In this document: piece by piece, positions 59,311 through 64,000 of the stretch
Layout: each line of letters starts with the position of its first letter
How positions within the stretch are numbered: the first letter of the stretch is position 1
Origin: Callorhinchus milii
Lineage: Eukaryota
Length of the DNA stretch: 64,000 bases
Direction: 5' to 3'
NCBI RefSeq assembly: GCF_018977255.1
Contig: NW_024704743.1
Span: forward strand, 78,432,001 to 78,496,000
The notes under the pieces: model-generated
What the model saw: only the letters and a program-made list of their open reading frames with translations
Told to the model about the DNA's origin: nothing
Database searches by the model: none
Position numbers and translations under genes: made by a program

Positions 59311-60096
59311 CACTTTCCCAGAGAATCTGCTTTAAGACCAACCTGAGAAGTGCACTCCTACATGATTTCCACACCAGCTCATTCTTGTGATATCCTTGAG
59401 TGAGGGTGTTAATCAGTGTACAGTTCTTCATGTGGACTCAGCCCCACTAAGCAGGGTGAGACTGACTAAAGATCATTTCACACACTTTAAAGACTTTCAT
59501 CCCATCAGTCTGGGCTGGATTTAAGCTCAGGTGACAGAGGTGAAAGACCGAGCCCATACTCAGTTCTTTAGCTTTGTGGAAAGCTTGAAAGGTTCACTTT
59601 GTTTTCTGACAGTCTTACAGTTTTGTCTTGACATCATGTGAAAAGAGGCCAGCCCAGCCAGTGCTGATATAGCCTGTGAATACACCTTGAGATACAGACC
59701 TGATTTACTTCACAGTGATTGTGAACCAGCTGTTGTGTCTTACTGTTTATGTGATCAACAACAAGATTCCATTTATAGAGCGCCTTTCACGTCGGGAGGA
59801 CATCCCAAGGCGCTAGTTAATTGGTAAGAAATTAAATGGATATTGCTGTTCTGTACACTAATCTTGCCAGACAGTTTTATAAACCACACCTTTTCCTGAG
59901 GCAAGGTGCAAAGCTGCACATCTGACTCTGTATGAATACAGGCTCTTGCTTGTTCACCTTGAGTCTGCTCCTCCCATTTTCCAGCATGGAGCTTTCAAAC
60001 GCACTTACAAAAGGCCTCTGAATTTATACACAATTTACAATTTTCAACAGATGGAACTTGGGAACTAAGGCACAGGAAAACCTGAAAAAGATTTTA

Positions 60097-60480
60097 AGAA
60101 CATAAGAATTAGGAGCAGGAGTAGGCCATTCGGCCCTCGAGCCTGCCCCGCCATTCAATAAGATCATGGCTGATCTTCAGACCTAACTCTAATTACCTGC
60201 TCTATCCCCATATCCCCTAATCCCTCTGTTTTTTAAAGATCTATCAGTCTCAGTCTTGACGATGTTCAAGGACTGAGCATCTACAGCCTTCTGGGGTTCA
60301 CTACCCTCTGAGTGAAGAAATGTTTCCTCAACTCTGTTCTAAAAGGCTGATCCTTAATTTTAAGACTGTGACTCCTGGTTATAGATTCTCCTACCAGGGG
60401 AAACAGACCCTCAGTGTGTCTACTTTATCCAGCCCTTTAAGAATCTTATATGTTTCAATAAGATCTCCCCTAATTCTTCT
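60097..60480 (-). mobile_element. CR1-clade LINE 3' end
   Basis: Minus-strand tail GAATGGCCTACTCCTGCTCCTAATTCTTATGTTC, typical of chondrichthyan CR1 3' ends; related fragments near 9925 and 36290. Confidence 0.7.
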
Positions 60481-61003
60481 GTAATTTGAACATTTTTGTA
60501 TTTTATTTTGAACATATTTTATTTTATTTTGAACATAAGCAACAGCTGAGGTCTATAGAAACATTTTTGTTCAATTTTCTTCCCTCCTCCCAAAAGATGG
60601 TGGTTCATGCTGATTCCACAGGTTGCTGCAGGTCCTCTGAAACCCCACCCAAATACTGAAAGACAGAGACGCTGAGACAAAGAATCTGCAAATGCAGGCA
60701 CAAAAAATGTGGGAATAGCTGACAGGGTCAAAGCAAGGAGCACACCTCATTGTAACATGATCTGTTGCACTTTTGACTAAGGTTTAATCCAGACATTCTT
60801 ATGCGTCTTTACTCCTCCCTGACCACAGCCTTGGGTGTAACCGAACCAGCTTGTCAAAAGTTTGAGATCAATTTCGTTGGTGAGTGAGCAGCTTGACGTG
60901 ATTCACCCTTTGGTGATTGTTAAACAAAGAAGAAAGCTCTCTCTCCCCCCTCCCCTCCAACCCCTTTTACTGCAGAGAAATACCTGAGACCAGGCTTTTG
61001 AGC

Positions 61004-62240
61004 GTCGATCTCTCTGCCGCCTTCGACACTGTCGACCACTCCATCCTCATACACTGCCTCTCCGCTTTACTCAATCTTCACAGACCTGCCCTTGCCTGGT
61101 TCGATTCCTATCTCTCTCACCGTCTCCCAATTCGTTGTCTCTAACGGTTTCTCCTCCAGCTCCCGCACTGTCACGCCTGGGGTCCCCCAGAGCTCTGTCC
61201 TTGGCTCTCTCCTCTTTAATATCTACATGCTCCCCCTTGGTGACATCATCCGCAGACATGGGGTCAACTTCCACATGTATGCGGATGACACCCAACTCTA
61301 TCTTTCTGCCTCCACCCTCAACTCCAGGACCACTGCTGTCCTGACAGACTGCCTGTCGGACATCAAGTCCTGGATGAGGGCAAATTTCCTACAGTTGAGT
61401 GTGAGCAAGACTGAGGCCCTCCTGATTAGGCTCACGCCAGCGCCTCAGCACCTCAGGCTCTGGCAACATCAACCTCCATGGTTGCACAATACAACTCACC
61501 AAACCAGTCAGGAACCTCGGTGTCTTGTTCGACCCTCAAATGTTTTTTCTTCCCCACATTCAAGTCATGACGCACTCTGCCTTCCCTCACCTCCGTAACA
61601 TCGCCCGTCTCCGCCACTACCTCACCCCTCAGGCCGCTGAAACTCTTGTTCATGCCTTCATCACCTCCAGGCTCGACTATACAAACGCCCTGCTTGTCGG
61701 CCTTCCCAACTCCTCCCTCCACAGGCTGCAGATAATCCAGAACTCTGAAACCCATGTCCTCTCCCGCACCAAACTCTGTGACCCCATCTCCCCCACTCTC
61801 GCCTGACTCCACTGGCTCCCTATCCTTCAGGGGATCCAGTTCAAGATCCTGGTCTTCACATACAAAGCCCTCCATGGCCTCGCCCCACCTTACCTCTGCG
61901 ACCTCCTAAGCTCCTACCAACCCACCCGTTTCCTCCGCTCAGCCGACTCTGGCCTGCTCCACGTCCCCCAACCCACCCGCCCCACCATTGGCGGGAGAGC
62001 CTTCAGCCACTCTGCCCCCAATCTCTGGAATTCCATTCCCCAGTCACTCCACCTCGCCCCTCCTTAGCCTCCTTCAAGTCCCGTCTCAAGACCCTCCTCT
62101 TCGACCATGCCATCGGCCACCCCCCTTACCCTCCCCTCCCTTCCCCCCAACCCCAGCTGTACTCTGTCCAGCGCCTTGGGAAGTCTTCCTGACGTTAAAG
62201 GCGCTATACAAATGTAATCTTGTTTGTGTTGTTGTTGTTT
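61004..62240 (+). mobile_element. L2 LINE 3' fragment (RT motif YADDT), same family as 30924-32725
   Basis: [39 protein letters not shown]; tail AAGGCGCTATACAAAT(GTT)n. Confidence 0.93.
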
Positions 62241-63225
62241 GTGGGCTGGAAAGAGGAACCATTCTGCAGACATTGGAGGAGAGGGATGAAGGGGTGGGTC
62301 AGTGTTACACAAACAACCTCATATTCTGCCCTTGTGATAATTCTCACACTTAAGGGAAAGTAAAGTATTCAACTAATAATATTCCATATATTATAGCGGT
62401 CAAAACTTGAGCGTTTGACGACAAATTAAAATGCTTAGTACAAGAACAGCAACAGACTGATAAGTCAAGAGTAAAACAATAAAGATCTTTCAGATACACA
62501 ATGGAAGCAGAACAAAATACACACTTTCAGAGTTGTGAAGGCCAATTAGAAGACAGACATTGCGAAGGATTTCTTTACCCACTGGACCCAGATACTAGGA
62601 AGGGTGTTTAGGGCGGGATGCCAGAATGATTTATGAAACAGCTTGATCATGTAACAACTTGATTTTTTATATAGCGCCCCGTCACGCAGGATAGCATCCC
62701 AGAGCCTTGACAGTGGCTGAGCATGACACCAAGCCAGGGTGAGGGGTGGGGTGGGTGACGTAATGGAAGGACAGTTGGGTGGGTATTCTGTAAGGATGAG
62801 GTCAGACGGATTTGAAAGGCTTTTTTCATCTGAACCTCTTTTGTGGTTTTCTGACTAATTTAACAAGTCCTTCTGTTTGCATGCTTGAAATCTTCACGTG
62901 TTTCTTTGCCAGATTAGATCACTCTGTTTGCTGCAGACCTACTTTAGACCAAACAACATGAGACTGTTTGATAAGCAAAATAATTCCTCAGGCGATGTTT
63001 ATGGAAACCATTGTCAATAGGTTTCTGGATTTCTAACACTGGCAACTTTCACTAGTCAGAAGGTTTAAGATTTCTTAACTGATAATTGTCACATGACATC
63101 TGTCTCACCTGGCTCAGCTGGTAGCACTCTTGCCTCCGACTCAGAAGATTGTGGATTCAAGCCCCAAGTCATAACTTTCAGCTCACAGTGCAGGATAATC
63201 CAGTGCAGTGCCAGGAAAGCGATGC

Positions 63226-63875
63226 AACAACAACAAATTGTATTTATATGCAATAACAACTTGCATTTATGTAGCACCCCTCACACAGGGCAGTGTCCCA
63301 GAGCGCCTTAAACATTCGGAGGACCTCCTAAGGCCCTGGACAGCTAAGGATTTTGCACCCAAGCTGCAGGTTGGGATCAAGAGGGTTGGAGGGCCGCGGG
63401 ACTGGGGTTGGGAAGATGATCATAGGCACAGTTGAAGAGGAAGGTCTTGAGATGGCACTTGAAGGAGGCAAGGGAGAGGGTGATGCTGAGGGGCTCCAGG
63501 ATGTAGTTCCAGAGGGTGGAAGCAGAGAGGCTGAAGGCCATGAATTGTGGTGTGGGCAGGGCAGGAACATACAGGAAGCCAGTGCCCACTGAGCGGAGGG
63601 AATAGACAAGTTGCCAGAGGTAGGGAGGCACAAGATATGGAAGGCCCTAAAGGTGAGGATAAGGGTATGGAACTCGATCCTCTGGTGGATGGGGAGCCAG
63701 AGAAGCCACGCAAGGATGGGGATGATTGGGTCACAGAGCCTGGTGCAGGAGAGGGTATAAGCTGTAGACTTTTGAATAATCTGCAGCTTGTGGAGGGGAG
63801 AGTTGTGAAGTCTGGCGAGCAGGGGGTTAACATAGTCGAGTCTGAACATGATCAAGGCATGGATGAATGTCTCAG
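63226..63875 (-). mobile_element. L2 LINE 3' fragment nested in an older SINE
   Basis: FIHALIMFRLDY...WLPIHQRIEF; (CAA)n tail on +. Confidence 0.82.
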
Positions 63876-64000
63876 TTACATTGTCTGAGATTCCATTCTT
63901 CAGATGAGATGTTGAACTTAGCATTAAACACCCCATCACAAGTTTTGAAATTAGAAAGGAGTTTCTCCTGGTGTCCTGGTCAAAAATCTCCCAAATAAAA

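Overview
Vertebrate genomic DNA, inferred from its repeat families to be a cartilaginous fish (possibly a chimaera). It holds the complete 24-exon desmoplakin gene (DSP) on the minus strand (ATG 51949 or 51940, stop 11238, 2514 aa by my exon assembly, all introns GT-AG with compatible phases). The first two coding exons of SNRNP48 follow on the same strand (956-765, 201-85), the gene order also seen in mammals. This desmoplakin has a simpler architecture than the human protein, recalled from memory. It lacks plakin repeat domain A, has one copy rather than two of the ~156-aa rod repeat, lacks the internal exon-23 donor that makes DSPII, and has a longer N-terminal head. Both promoters carry tandem repeats built from transcription-factor motifs, including ten CAGGTG E-boxes upstream of DSP. 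The non-coding DNA is rich in mobile elements: L2 and CR1 LINE fragments, two tRNA-derived SINE families, Penelope-type fragments with hammerhead-ribozyme motifs, two Helitron-like elements and several MITEs, one 36 nt behind the DSP stop codon. No prokaryotic-type systems are present.
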